Shown one piece after another: positions 12,628 through 25,503 of a stretch of DNA of 64,000 nucleotides. The DNA comes from Okamejei kenojei (Eukaryota): NCBI GenBank assembly GCA_035221665.1, contig CM069155.1, forward strand, positions 19,220,001-19,284,000. Direction: 5' to 3'. Both the position numbers and the translations under genes were made by a program. The first letter of the stretch is position 1; each line of letters opens with the position of its first letter. The notes under the pieces are model-generated. The model was given only the letters and a program-made list of their open reading frames with translations. It was not told the DNA's origin and ran no database searches.

Positions 12628-14540
12628 CACACCATAGGTCTTCTTTATCACCATCTGTCATTTGGAGTACTGTACACAGCTCTGTTCTCCCCATTACAAG
12701 AAGGTTGTGCAGACTTTGGAGAGAGTACACCAGAGATTTACTAATTTAGCTATGAGAAGTTGGACAAACTTGGATTGTTTTCTCTGGAGCTTCGGAGACT
12801 GAATTATGAGGTGAATAAGAACGCAATAGTTCAGGATCACACGAGTATTCTCTCTCCTTTCTTGTGTCTTTGTCTCGCCTCCTCAGGATTGTATTGTTAT
12901 AGGGTGATTAATATTTATGGGTTGCCTGAATTTGGATTCCTAAATGTTAAAGCCTGGAAGTCCTGGTATCCCGAGAATGTATGCACAAGGTCTGTGGCAG
13001 TGCAGTGCCCAATACCATTCTCTAGCATGGAATCCTTGCTGTGACCAGTGGTGTCCAAGGCTTAATGCCATCCAGTAGTTAGACCCAAGAATATATCAGC
13101 ATACAAGTGTAGACCCAAGCATTTATAAACTTGCAGGCTGTAGGCCTAATCGTGTTCTGTGTCTTAGGTCAATTGTGTGGGAGTTAGTGAGAGACAGGGG
13201 ATTGCAGCATGTTTTGTCGTCAGGGTGGGGGAGGGATCAGGGTGATGTCTTGTTTTAGCTGCCAGGTCACCATGTTATGGAATATTTGTAAAGTTTTTAA
13301 AAAGGCGTACTCACTGGTAGATGGATTTGATGCCCAATAATTCTGTAAACTCAATGCCAAATGTAATTAAATGTAAAATTGATGATGGCATATTATTAAA
13401 GTTTTGCTGAGCCATTTGGATAAACTATTGAAAGAACTGAGTTTCCCCTCAAAATTCTGCTAAGAATTGTTGGAAAGCCTTCTAATAATGAGAATAGAAT
13501 TGTTGAGCAAGCTATTAGGGCTGCTGTTGTACTTCAGGCACCAGTGTGGAATATGATGTTCAGTAAACTGAATCCAGTTATACTGCCTGCAGGATGTAAT
13601 TATACAAATTCACAGAACTTCACCACTCCTGTCAATGCCAGCCGAAAGAGCGTTGCCAGGTTCTTGGTCTGTAACAGAGAAGGCTACAGCACATGATATG
13701 TTCTTTCAAATGGTCTTCAACTATGTTTCTGTTTTGGCCATCCATCCCAGCAAATAAAGAATTTGTCCATTTTTTTTTGAATACCTCGACCGTTTACCTT
13801 GGATATATTACCCTTCTTTCTCCTCAAGGAAGCATCTCCTTTCTATCAATTTTATCTTGGTGTTTCAGAATTTTACACACCTCAATTGAATCTTCCCTTA
13901 GGCCAATGGATAACAAGGATGCTTGGAAAACTTTAAAACTAAGCTAGTTCTGGATTTCATTTGGATGTACTCTGTTGCTATAGAGCATCAGAAATATTTT
14001 ACTTGAGTACATTATTGGACACACAGAAATTGAAATCTTGGAGGCCTCTTAGTCTGGCATGGTTTGCTCTTTTTTGGATTGGAGGGCAAGTCTGGGCACA
14101 TTTATACTCCAAAGTAGATGGCAACCAAGTACCAACTGATGCCTTTATTTTGGAAAAAAAGAAATGAATATCTGCAATGAAAATACTTGCTAGAAGTGCA
14201 ACAATACTAATGGTGGCCATTGCTCCTTTTGTGATATAGCTTGCTTTTATTGCTTTTTTTTAAAAATGTGCTATATAAATAAATGTGACTTGACTTGACA
14301 TGACTTGACTAATATGACTTTTATCATTATCTAATGCGTTACAGGCACAAGCCAGGAGACAAACGAGGCAGTTTTCTTAATATATGGATGGAGTGTCTTA
14401 CTATTTATGGTATAAATTTTAGTCAAAGCACTAACAGGAGAGCATGTTTCTTTCTTAAGAATTGAAACAAAAAAAATGATAAGAATCAAACCAAAATTTG
14501 CTATGTTGAAAATCTGTTTGAGGAGCATTGGTTTGAATTA

Positions 14541-14795
14541 GTAGGAAGGAACTATAGATGCTGGTTTATACCAAAGATAGACCTAAAGTGCTGTTGTAAC
14601 TCAGTGGGTCAGGTAGAATCTCTGGAGTAGAAGGATGGGTGACGTTTCAGATCAGAATCCTTCTTCAGACTGCTCCAGAAATGTGCCTGAGTTACTCCAC
14701 TCTGTGGTAGTCCAAAGACTCAAAACGTCACCCATCCTTTATCTCCAGAGATGCTGCCTGACCCGCTGAGTTACTCCAGCACTTTGTGTCTATCT
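14541..14795. mobile_element. Penelope-derived inverted (fold-back) insertion
   Basis: Left arm is the reverse complement of the right arm; 14-bp TSD ATTGGT(T/C)TGAATTA at 14527-14540 and 14796-14809. Confidence 0.8.
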
Positions 14796-15859
14796 ATTGG
14801 TCTGAATTAATTGGCTTTTGCTCATAACCAGTGTTTTCATTTGCCTGAAACTTAAAGTGCATCAGAAGTATTTTATCTCAGTCCATTACTGGACGTTGGT
14901 TTGCATCTATTTTTTTTTTAATGTAGCAGGGTATTGCATTCCCCTTGGTTGAGCCAAAGTAATGTGAAGGCTGACTCTAACCCGTGTAGAGGCAGTGATG
15001 TGCAACATATTTGTAAAATCGAATAAAAGCCAATAAATACCACAGTATCCCACAGAGCGCTTGAATGCAGTGGTGAATGTTATTTATAATTATGTTCTGT
15101 TGTGAAAGTTTGATTGCTGTTATTGGGGGAAAAAGGAAATGTGTAGGTGGATGTACACTTTGGAGACCAGCTGCCAGTGCTGACTTGTTAATATGGCTGA
15201 GGTTTTTCAGTTGAAGCATTTTTATTTCTCAGTGTGATGATGTTATCAGAGATGTTTCCATGACAATCAATGAGGGTTCTTATAAATTGGCTGATTGCTG
15301 CTGGCTGCAAAGGGCTTTTACCTGTCATTTTCTTACAACAATGTCAGCTTTGAACTGTGACCCAATCCAGAGACAAGTTTGCCAAAGGAAATAAGTCAAA
15401 TAACTGTTGAAATAAAGCTATTTCCTAAAATCATCAGTTACGTTTTTTTTATACTCTCTGAAGCAGTGGCTGTGCTGCAGTCTGCTAATTATCGAGGGTT
15501 TAAAAGCGGTTCGCTGAGGGAAGCTGTAGGGAAAGCTGAACTCGAGCTATCTCCCCTGTGTGCCCTTACTAGATTATCCAGAGGAAGTGTTTAATGAGGA
15601 CAGCAAAAGACTTAAAAATACAGATGTTTCCAATAGGGTGCATGCAGCAAATATCTCGGCAGATTATAGACAATGTCTACACTCTAATTACTGTAAATCA
15701 AGAAGGAATGATTGTGAGCAAAGCTATCTTTTAAAATTGACCAAGATCAATGCATTTTAATGTTATCTCTTTGGGTATCTTGCTTTCTTTGAGCTATGGA
15801 TGTGTGGGTAAGCCCTGGCTGAACTGGTGATGCTCAAAGCCCATCGTTTCTCCCCTGGC

Positions 15860-16620
15860 ACTTGGGTTCAGGAATCCAGACTCACAGCCCTGTGTATTAA
15901 GGGATTGTTGTGATATTTGGGCTGTCATCTTCAAATGAAATGTCAAATCCTTGCCGAGTTTGCCACCTTGTTCTCACTGGATATAAATACTCCTTAGTCA
16001 TCAATTTGAAATCAAGCAGAGATTTTTCCTATGTAAAAATGAGGAACTGCAAATTAGTTCATAAGTCATAGGAGCAGAATTAGGCCATTTGGCCCATGAA
16101 GTCTACTCCACCATTCAATCATGGCTGGTTTATCTTTCCCACTCAACCGCATTCTCCTGCCTTCTCCCCGAAACCTTTGACACCCTAACTAATCAAGAAT
16201 CTGTCAATCTCCGCTTTAAAAATACCCAATGTCTTGGCCTCCACAGCCATCTGTGCCAATTAATTCCACAGATTCACCACCTAAAAAAATGCCTTCTCTT
16301 TCTTTATCTCCTTTACGTCCTTGTTTGCAAATTTCTGTCTAGCTTTCTCCACCCCCCCCCCTCTCACCAATAATCAGTCTGACATGTTCTCCAGGGATGC
16401 TGCCTGGCACACTGAGTTACTCCAGCCCTTGTGTCTCTTTTTAGAGGACCTTCCTATATTGGGCTGAGGCAGTATCTATCAAAGCAGATTTTCAAGTATT
16501 GGTTACATTCAGTTCTGTGGAACATCGCTGTGTCAACATTGGCTGCTGAGTTTCCTATCTTGTAGGATAACAGTCCTTCAAAAAAATAAGTCCGAGAGAC
16601 TGTAAAAGATGACATATACA
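15860..16620 (+). mobile_element. Degenerate Deu-domain SINE (SacSINE1/AmnSINE-like), interrupted by CR1 (about 16060-16290) and Penelope pieces
   Basis: Weak recalled similarity: GTCATCTTCAAATGAAATGTCAAA..., and ATTGGCTGCTGAGTTTCCTA at about 16540. Confidence 0.35.
16057..16290 (-). mobile_element. CR1-clade LINE 3' end
   Basis: ATAGGAGCAGAATTAGGCCATTTGGCCC...AATTCCACAGATTCACCAC. Confidence 0.8.
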
Positions 16621-17374
16621 TGAACATCCTCTTTTTTTAGTGACTAAAGCAGCACTAAAGCAGCTGTTTTTAGATTATAACAATCCAGTTGAGTCCAGCC
16701 ACAGGGAAAGGTTGATAGCAGAGTTGATAATGGAGGCGAGTTGTACCACAGAATTGTGGGCAATGCATACTCTGCGATCGCTCGGTTTTGTAGCATTTAA
16801 CATGTTCAGTCCAGATTAAAGGATATCTCTCCAGGAACTCAATCGCTTGATCTGTCAACCATGCATTAAACTTTAAACGTGCGTGTTCTGATTGAGAATC
16901 TTTCAGGCATTTCTTTCACAGAAGGATTATAAAGAGGGATGATTAAAATGTTTTTTCAACATGACAAATGTCTGCATGGTAAACAAAGGCCTTTAGGTAT
17001 TTGAGGTCTTATTGAATCAGCTTTGATGTAGATTCTTCAAAACCTGTGATGATAATTTAGTCAGAAGATCGCATACCCATAATGCTGGAAGCCTTTTGAA
17101 CCCTCTGACTATCAGTCTAAACTAGTTCCAGACAATGAGAGACTGACAAGAGGTAAAAACTTCAGGAAGGACTGGTTCAAAATGTCCCAATGTAGAGGAG
17201 TTTAAAAAAAAGCCCAAATGAAACAGTATGTGTGTTGCCTAGTGTTTGAACTTTTATTCTGTTGCAGCCTCTCAAGCATTGCCTACCTATGTCTTGTTGT
17301 CTATCAGAACACTCCAGGAAGAAAAAGTGCTCAGCTATTTGAATAATGCAGCAAATTTCACAGCAAATACAACT

Positions 17375-17506
17375 TCTTCTCTTGCGTATGGCGTGCACAG
17401 CCTAAAGGACAACTTGTTCTATTTGATCTTATTTGATTGTGCACGCTGGGTTGATTGCATTCGTCGAAACAGGGCGGACCACGTGAAGGTTGCAATCTCC
17501 CACCCC
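17375..17506 (-). mobile_element. 132-bp retroposon headed by an HDV-like ribozyme
   Basis: 13-bp TSD AGCAAATA(C/T)AACT (17362-17374, 17507-17519); 3' hairpin GCGTGCACA/TGTGCACGC; AAGAGAAGA tail. Confidence 0.8.
17453..17506 (-). ncRNA. HDV/CPEB3-like self-cleaving ribozyme (minimal)
   Basis: Minus strand: GGGGTGG-GA-GATTGCA-ACC-TTCACGT-GGT-CCGCCCT-GT-TTCG-A-CGAA-TGCAATC = P1, P2, P3, L3, P1', J4/2 and P2' of the double pseudoknot. Confidence 0.8.
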
Positions 17507-17589
17507 AGCAAATATAACTAAGAACACGTTAATAAGGACACAACATCAACCTTTGTTCAACTGGCCTTTTAAAACTGGGTCACTCTGAT

Positions 17590-17763
17590 GGTTAAAAAAG
17601 ACACAAAGTGCTGGAATAACTAGAACTTCAGTCTGAAGAAGGATCCCGACCCAAAATGTCACTTATCCGTGTTCTCTAGAGATGCTGCCTGACCTGCTGA
17701 GTTACTCCAGTACGTTGTGGTTTTATTTTTGAAAACTAGCATCTGGAGTTCCTTGTTTCTGTT
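17590..17763. mobile_element. Penelope-derived insertion
   Basis: TSD TCACTCTGAT (17580-17589, 17764-17773); degenerate CTGAAGAAGG..CCCAAAATGTC core. Confidence 0.75.
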
Positions 17764-17883
17764 TCACTCTGATCTGTCCGCTCAATTCCATTGGTCGTGG
17801 TGACTCGTAGATTATTGCCATAAACCGAATTTAAATAAATATTTGTGACTAGCCAGGGCTGTACATACTAGCTGAATAACATA

Positions 17884-18140
17884 GTGGCACAGCTGCTCGA
17901 GCGGATGCTGCTGTGTGGAGTTTGCACGTTCTCCCTGTGTCCGTGCGGGCTTCCTCCGGGTGCTCCAATTCCTCCCACGTCCCAGAGACACGCAAGCTTG
18001 TGGGTTAATTGGCCTCTAAAATTGTCCCTACTCTGCAGGGAGTGTATGGGGAAAGTGGGATAATATAGAACTGCCGTGAACAGGTGATCGATGGTCGACG
18101 TGGATGTGGTGGACCGAATGGCCTGTTTCTTGCTGTGTCA
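17884..18140 (+). mobile_element. HE1/V-SINE
   Basis: TGTGTGGAGTTTGCACGTTCTCCCTGTGTCCGTGCGGGCTTCCTCCGGGTGCTCC V-domain plus tail. Confidence 0.8.
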
Positions 18141-18756
18141 TTGAATCAAATCAACAACATTTTGACTGGCCGGTTGTTACAACCAGTGAATCTTGGGTAC
18201 AGCTCTCTTGCGGCCAAATACCTGATTTCGCAGTGAAGTGCATCCAACACGTGGACAGGACTTTGGACTTTTTATTTTGTAAATGGCGTCAAAATATGGT
18301 GATGGGTGCAAGAATTTCACTGTGCAGTGCATACGTGACAATAAAGAACCATTGACTTAACATCTCTGCACTGCCTTGGAATACGAAGGCCTGCCTCAGC
18401 AGGTCCAGTGGAATTGCTGAAAGGGGATCAGGATGTTTTTTTGGATATTACGCTGGCGGCTGCTCCCTCTACTCATCCCACACACAAAACAAGGGCGGCT
18501 CTTTTGCTGAGTTTTGTTTGGATGGTGTAGGAATGGAATGCTATTGTGCTCACTTGAATCCAATCTTAATACATCATGTATTGCCTTGTGATTTCAATGA
18601 TTGGGAACAGCACTTTTTAACTTTTTTTGCTGGGGGTAAAGATGTTTTTTTGTCATCCAACAGATCCAAGACTATCTATAATAACTGTAAATCTTTCCCA
18701 CAAGCAATGTATATGTTGGAAGTGCATGGCTGATTTGTCATTAATTCTTTAATAAG

Positions 18757-21085
18757 GCACAAAGTGTTGGAATAACTCAGCAAGTCAGGCAGCATCAGTG
18801 GGGGGAATGGATGTGTGATGTTTCGGGTCGGTCCCCTTCCCCAGACTGGTTGTAGTACGGGGCAAAAGGTGGAAAGCGACGGGGTGTGACAAAACAAGAC
18901 AACGTGCTGGAGTAACTCAGTGGGTCATAGAGCATCTCTGGAGAACACGGATAGGAACGTTTTGGGTCGAGATCCTTCTTCAGACAAAGCCTGGCAAGTG
19001 ATAGGTGGATACAAGTGAGTGTTTGACTGGAGCATGGTCACAAATTGGCTATTTTCTTCCTGAAGATAGTCTTCTTTGAAGAAGCTCTCCTCCTCTCTCA
19101 GACAAGAGTTCAGCAACATCCTCTCTTACCGCTCCCCCCTCTGTGATTCCTCCTTCACTCCAACTACAACCACGTCTTAACCCAGACCCGTTACTGCAGC
19201 CATGTTTGTTTTCTCGGGGCTTGCCTGCGCCTCCATCGTTTACCTCGTGGATTCTAGCTCCGGTTCCAGACCTCCCAGGACTATACCTTCAGACCCAACC
19301 CGTACTATAGGTTCCGACAGTCGATCTGCCATTTTTCACAACAATTCTCATTCCGTGCCCTGCGTTCTACGCTGGCTGCGATGCGCCGGCACCAACAGGC
19401 CCTCGCTCTGACTCTCGCGCTGCTCTGGGCCTAACTCAACCACACCTGCAACAGACCCCAACTGCACTTCATTCAATGCCAGATCCATGCCCTCAACAAA
19501 CGCTTCCTTTCCTACCTGGATTCTAAGAAGGATCGCAAACTTGCCCGCCCCCAGACTGCTCCTTCCACCGACGCTCCTCGACTTGACCGCTCGCAGGCCC
19601 AGAGCTCCACTACTGGACCATGCCGCCTGCCCGACCACCATGAGGCCGAAACCCGTGACGCCATTGTCGCCATGAGGGGCAGCACCAACACTCGCAGCCT
19701 TCCAGGCCGATACCAGGCCCGGACCACTGAAGCTGCCTCCGTCGTCCATCTTCACCTCCTCCCCAGGGCCACAACCGCCTGCCCGGGACCGCCAACCTTC
19801 ACCACCTCCCCGATGCCACCGCTGCCGCCGACCCTCGCCGCCTCCCCAGCCATCCGCTGACCGGGACTACCAACGCTTCGTCCGCTTACCCGGACTCCAG
19901 TCCCCCGCCTGGCCTCCACCAGCGATTCCGCCGACCCTCGCCACTTCACCGCCCATCAGCGGGCCGCAGCCGTCACCTTACCTGTCCCAGGCTCAGCACC
20001 AGGCCCACCGTCTCCAAGATGCAGACTCCAACATCACATGGTCTGACTGTGCTGGGTCCTACTGCTCCCCCCCCCCCTCCTACAGGGAACCTCTGTGGGG
20101 GGGGGGGTCCACTGGTTATTCCCCTTCCCCTTTTAACTAGGTGGCCCCAGCTACTCCCCACCCGCACAATAGCCCTCATGCCCCCCTCTGAACACCCACC
20201 ATCTCCCCACCAGACATCGCCCCGGCCTCTATCTACTCACCTGCCTTCCTCCGACCCCACCCTTGCCATGTGTTCACCATCGCCTCTGACCCCCTTTCTG
20301 AAATGGAACGGTCTGTCGTCAGCAGAGGCCTCACCCTTGTTCCCCTCCGCCCCCACCTCAACGAGTCCTGGGTCCGCCACGATGTAGAGCTCTTCTTTCG
20401 TCGCTTCTGTGCCTTTTTTTCCATGGGAAGGAATCCTCACCACCCAGTGATGACCCCTTCTCCCGTCGCCACCGGACCCCCTCCTCTTGAGCTCTCCCGG
20501 AAGGCCCTCTACCTTCTTTAGACCTTTTCATTTCCAACTGCAGGCGGGACATCAACCGCCTCAATTTTTTTAGTCCTCTGACTTACTCTAACCTCTCCCC
20601 CCCCCCCCCCCCCCCGAACGTACAGCCCTCCGCTCAAAATCGCCAAACAGAACTGTCCTGGCAGATCCATTGTTTCTGCTTGTTCATGTCCCACCAAATT
20701 AATTTCCAACAACCTCGACTCCATCCTATCCCCTCTGGTCCAATTCCACCTATGTCCAAGACACCTCACATGCTCTTCGTCTCTTCATTGACCTCTGTTT
20801 TCCAAGCCCCCACTCCCTCATCTTTACTATGGATGTCCAGTCACTCTACACCTTCATCCCCCAACAGGAAGGTGTTAAAGCCCTCCGTTTCTTCCTCGAC
20901 CGCAGAACCAGCCAATTTCCGTCTACCAAATGGAGCGGAGCTGGTCCTTACCCTCGACAACGTCTCCTCCCACTTCCTCCTAATCCAAGGCGTAGCTAAT
21001 GGGCACTCGCATGGGCCCCAGCTATGCCTGCCTCTTTGTAGGGTATGTCGAACAATCACTGTTCCAGGCGTACACTGGCCCACAC
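18757..21085 (+). pseudogene. Decayed Penelope-like element: inverted terminal repeats (about 18757-19060) plus RT remnants
   Basis: Translations SRGLTLVPLRPHLNE..RHDVELFFRR (about 20320), SLIFTMDVQSLYTFIP (about 20815), AELVLTLDN..QGVA..MGPSYACLFVGYVEQSLF (about 20935-21065); frameshifted. Confidence 0.85.
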
Positions 21086-23249
21086 CATAATAATTGTGGC
21101 ATGGCAGTGAACTGAAATACTGTTTGTATCAGTACTGCAGCTGTTGCAAATAATGCTGAAATTGCATTTGGTTGGAATGGTGACCCAGGTTAAACGTGAG
21201 TCCCCCTCTGTTCACTGGAAAAAGGATGCCTCTAGATTGGAATTTGGGAGGGTGCATGGTGGTGGGAGAGGGGAAAATGAGACACAAATATTGGTTCATG
21301 TCGTTTGGACTCCTGATCAAACACAATGGGTTCCAAAAGTGTGACTGTTCACCATTGCATTTATTCCAGGTTGTCTGACTGGAATGTAATCTCTCTTTAA
21401 TGAGTGCATTGGCCACAGAGACTCACTCAGGACAAGCACATTGAAGCCTCTAAGTAGTCAATCCCACGTGTAATGTTGAGAGACCCTGTGAACACTGAAT
21501 TGCTTTCAGCTTTCAAAACACACGAGCCTTTGTTTCCCCCAACATCTGCAAAGCCCATGTCTGGTACTCTTGTAACCATGACCAGCTCTGTGCAGTTTTT
21601 CTGACACTGAACCAAGTCTTGGAATAAATACAAACAAAAAGAATGTTGTTCTGACTCAGGTGCAGAAATCTCTGAAGTATTGCTTTCTGAAGATAAATAT
21701 ATTCTTGGACTTAAACTGCATTAAAATGAGTTAATGAATACAGTCATTTTTTTTAGAATGTTTTCCTTTTCCTGTTTACTTGCTTCTTCCTGTGTTGATC
21801 TCAGGTATGTATTCATGTCCAATATTTTTAGTTCTGTTCTTCACATCCGTTCCTGCCAAACCACAGTGGCTTGGTGTTGCTGTAGACTGTCCTCTCAGCG
21901 CTTTTGTCTACAGTTGCAGCAGACATTTTGTAAAGCACAGTGAAATCTCCTAAAGAATCCAAGGGTTTAAAGCGCATTCGTACGGAAATAAAGGATCTAA
22001 ATATCTTAATAGAATTATTCTTCCTCTCAAACAAGCTTTCTGCCAGTAGCTGTGTTAAATGTTTTCCACATCTGTATGTCTGAGTGCAGTTTGCACATTA
22101 GAAAATGGGTGGTGAGCAACTGTTTTCAGTTGATCCCATTTTGTTCAGGTCTTCAGGTAGCTTGGGGTTTTAAACCACAAGTGTATGAAAAATGACAAAG
22201 TCATGCAAATCTGTCAACCAGGCAAATCAAGTGTTGTACCTCAGTAAAGAGAGAGGTAGATCAGCTGGCTTGTTGCTCGTTGTGACCTGGGGACATCATG
22301 TCTAATGAGGTGTAGTGACCACACGATAAATGGATGCCACTGTGCACAGCCACACGCGGCCTGCAGTGTGACTATGACCTGATGACCAGTTTTGCTGACA
22401 TTGATTGAGAACCAGGACAGCAGTGATAGCTCCCAGCTGCTTCCAAGTGGTGGCAGGGAATCTTTTATTGAGTACCTGGTTGGAAGTCCCATCTGGCTTG
22501 TTCGGTTGAGTGCCGCACCGGTTGTTGAGTGCCTGCACTTTTATGCTGAATTCTGCCAAGGAGACTAAATTCCGAGGCACGACTTTTGCCAGCAGAGGCA
22601 CACTTGACCCGGTCTCATAGTTTGCCAGCCCACGGCTTCAATATCTTTTTCCTAATCAACTGCGGCACGCTGCTGCAGTGATACACTTGGTGGCCTCATT
22701 GAAAAATACACAAACCCTCTGACTAACTTTAGAATGTTGCATTTTATATTGCAACATGTGTACTTTCAGTGTGACGTTTAGTTTTGAGAATAGCCCATTT
22801 TTTAAGTGGTACCTCTGTCGCTGTGGCTATTATTGTGATGGAGCGATCTAGTCCTATATTTTTAAAGTGCAAACTCCGATTCATATTTGTTTCCTGATAT
22901 CTATTGCCTACTAACCATGAAAATAGCAGTCGCAACCAGTTAATACTGGGACATGGTGTAATTTTGTCTTCATTTCTAGATGGCTCAGTCATTAGGAACC
23001 GCAATAATAGCCTGTAAGATACAAATAACAGCATTTAAGTGAGATTGTGCTGGAGATAACAGCAGTTAAATAATTGAAAATTATAAAATGATAAAAGTTG
23101 ATGGAGTGGTTTTTATAGCAGTTAATATGTGGTTGCTCCATGACCAAGGTGAGCTGTAAAACGAGGTCCTTGTTCTCAAATTGCATACATTTGCTTGACA
23201 TGATGTTAGAAATGTTATCAATGTGAGGGAGCTACTTCCTGCCACAAGT

Positions 23250-23700
23250 ACAAAGCGCAGCACAGGAGCAGACCATTTGGCCTATAATGTCTCTGCCGAA
23301 CATGATGCCAAGCTAAACGAATCTCCTTCTAAACTAATGATCTATACCCCTCCATCTAAAAGCCTCTTAAATGCCACTACTATAATCTGCTTCTACCACC
23401 ACCCCTGGCAGCGCACTCTGTGTAGATTAAAAACAAAAATTCCATGCTTCTTTCAGGTCTCTCCTCTGACAGTCCAGAGAAAACAATCCAAGTTTGTCCA
23501 ATCTCTCATTACGCCCTCTAATCCAGGCAGCATTCTCATTTTTAAAAATAGACAAAATGCTGGAGTAAGTCAGCGGGTCAGGCAACGTTTATAAAGAACA
23601 TGAACCATGTTTCGGGTCGGGAGCTTTCTTCAGACTCATTCTAGTGAGCCTCTTCCACACCCTCTCCAAAGCCCCCGCGTGCTTCCTGTAATGGGACAAC
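23250..23700 (-). mobile_element. CR1-clade LINE fragment with nested Penelope repeat (about 23545-23636)
   Basis: TCCAGAGAAAACAATCCAAGTTTGTCCAATCT (reverse of LDKLGLFSLE) and AATCCAGGCAGCAT; nested TTTCGGGTCG..CTTCAGAC. Confidence 0.7.
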
Positions 23701-24401
23701 CACATTTTTAAACATGTAGTTTTGGCAGCCAGGCTTAGTGGAATCTGTTACATCTGGAAGCAAACATGTTTTTTATAAATATCGGATAAGACTACCACAG
23801 TGAATGGGAAAGGGCATTAAGTCCATCTTAATTCATCGAGTCAAAGACAAGTCATGCCTGCTTCATTCAGAATGAATATTTAATTGCTTACATATTCAGG
23901 GCTTTGCTTCCTTATTCATTATTCTTGATTTTTGAATGTGATCCCAAATTTGCTTTCAGTTGGTCCTTTTTCCAAATTGTCTATGCCACATAGTCAGAGC
24001 ATTGGTGTTTGTTGCAGAACTCAAAACTGATTCTGTTGCAAATAATGTAACATTCAGTGTGAGAGATGGAGGATTTTGTTTCCTCCAAGTGAGTGTTTCT
24101 AAAAATCACTGTTATATCCTGGATTGCTGTTCAATGATATACTTAAGTAGTCTGGATCATGGAAATAAAACTAATTTTATGTGAGCGTGTGATACAAAAT
24201 AACACACTCTATCTTTAAAGGTTTGTACTGGGATTGAACAAGGGCATTTTCAAACTGACTTATTGTGTATGCAATTGGTTGCAACCGAGGAATTGTAAAA
24301 AAAAGAATATATTGTTGGCATGCTTTGGTGTAATGAAGCTTGGTCTACTGCTTTTCTGGCCTTCATTTTACCTTCTCTCCGTTTATTTTCTGTCTACTTT
24401 T

Positions 24402-24532
24402 AGTCTGAAGAAGGTTTCTGAACCGAAACGTCACATTTTTCTCCAGAGATACTGCCTGACCTGATAAGGTTACTCCAGCATTTTGGGTCTATCTTTGGTA
24501 TAAACCAGCATCTGCAGCTCCTTCCTACACAT
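24402..24532 (+). mobile_element. Penelope terminal repeat
   Basis: AGTCTGAAGAAGGTTTCTGAACCGAAACGTC...AAACCAGCATCTGCAGCTCC. Confidence 0.75.
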
Positions 24533-24864
24533 CCTATGGATGTTATTATGGAATTGTTTCTAAAGGCAGATTCTGAAGTTAGTAAATTAAAAGTTTGGTT
24601 AAAAGTGTTTAATTGTCACATGTACCGGGAATGGAAATATGAAATTAATCGTCGCTGCTCAACAGGCCCATTAACAAAACAACTCAATAAATAATCAATA
24701 ATACAATAAATCAATACACTGTCATATTTGGCTACCAAACCATATTAGTGCAATAATAAGTACTTTGTGCAACCAAAATAAAGTCCATAGTAGATCATTG
24801 CTGAGGTTGGGGTACAGTTAGTGCTGTGCAGTGTTCAAGAGCCTGATGGATACTGTGAAGAAAC

Positions 24865-25503
24865 ATAAAAAGTGGTGTAGGAGTGGGCCATTCGAGCCAG
24901 CACCACCATTCAATATGATCATGGCTGATCATCCAGATTCAGTACCCTGTTCCTGCTTTTTCCCCATATCCCTTGATTCAGTTAGCCCTGACAACTATAT
25001 CTAACTCTCGCTTGAATATATCCAGTGAATTGGCGTCCAATGCCTTCTGTGGCAGAGAATTCCACAGATTCGCAACCCTCTGGGTGAAAAGGGTTTTCCT
25101 CATCTCAGTCCTAAATGACCTACCCCTTATTCTTAAACTGTGACCCCTGGTTCTGGACTCCCCCAACATCGGGAACATTTTTCCTGCATCTAGCCTGTCC
25201 AATCCCGTAAGAATTTTATATGTTTCTATAAAATCCCCTCTCATCCTTCTAAATTCTAGTGAATATAAGTCAATCCATTATTTCATCATATGTCCCGCCC
25301 TCTCGGGAATTTACCTGGTGAACCTACACTGCATTCCCCCAATAGCAAGAATGTCCTTCCACAAATTAGGAGTCCAAAACTCAACACAATACTCCAGGTG
25401 TGGTCTCACCAGGGCCCTGCACAACTGCAGTAGGACCTCCTTTCTCCTATACTCAAATCCTCGCTATGAAGGCCAACATGCCATTTGCTTTCTTCACTGC
25501 CTG
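24865..25503 (-). mobile_element. CR1-clade (HER1-like) LINE 3' fragment
   Basis: ORF 24978-25244 MRGDFIETYKILTGLDRLD...TRGHSLRIRG...FTQRVANLWNSLP, typical CR1 ORF2 C-terminus. Confidence 0.92.
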
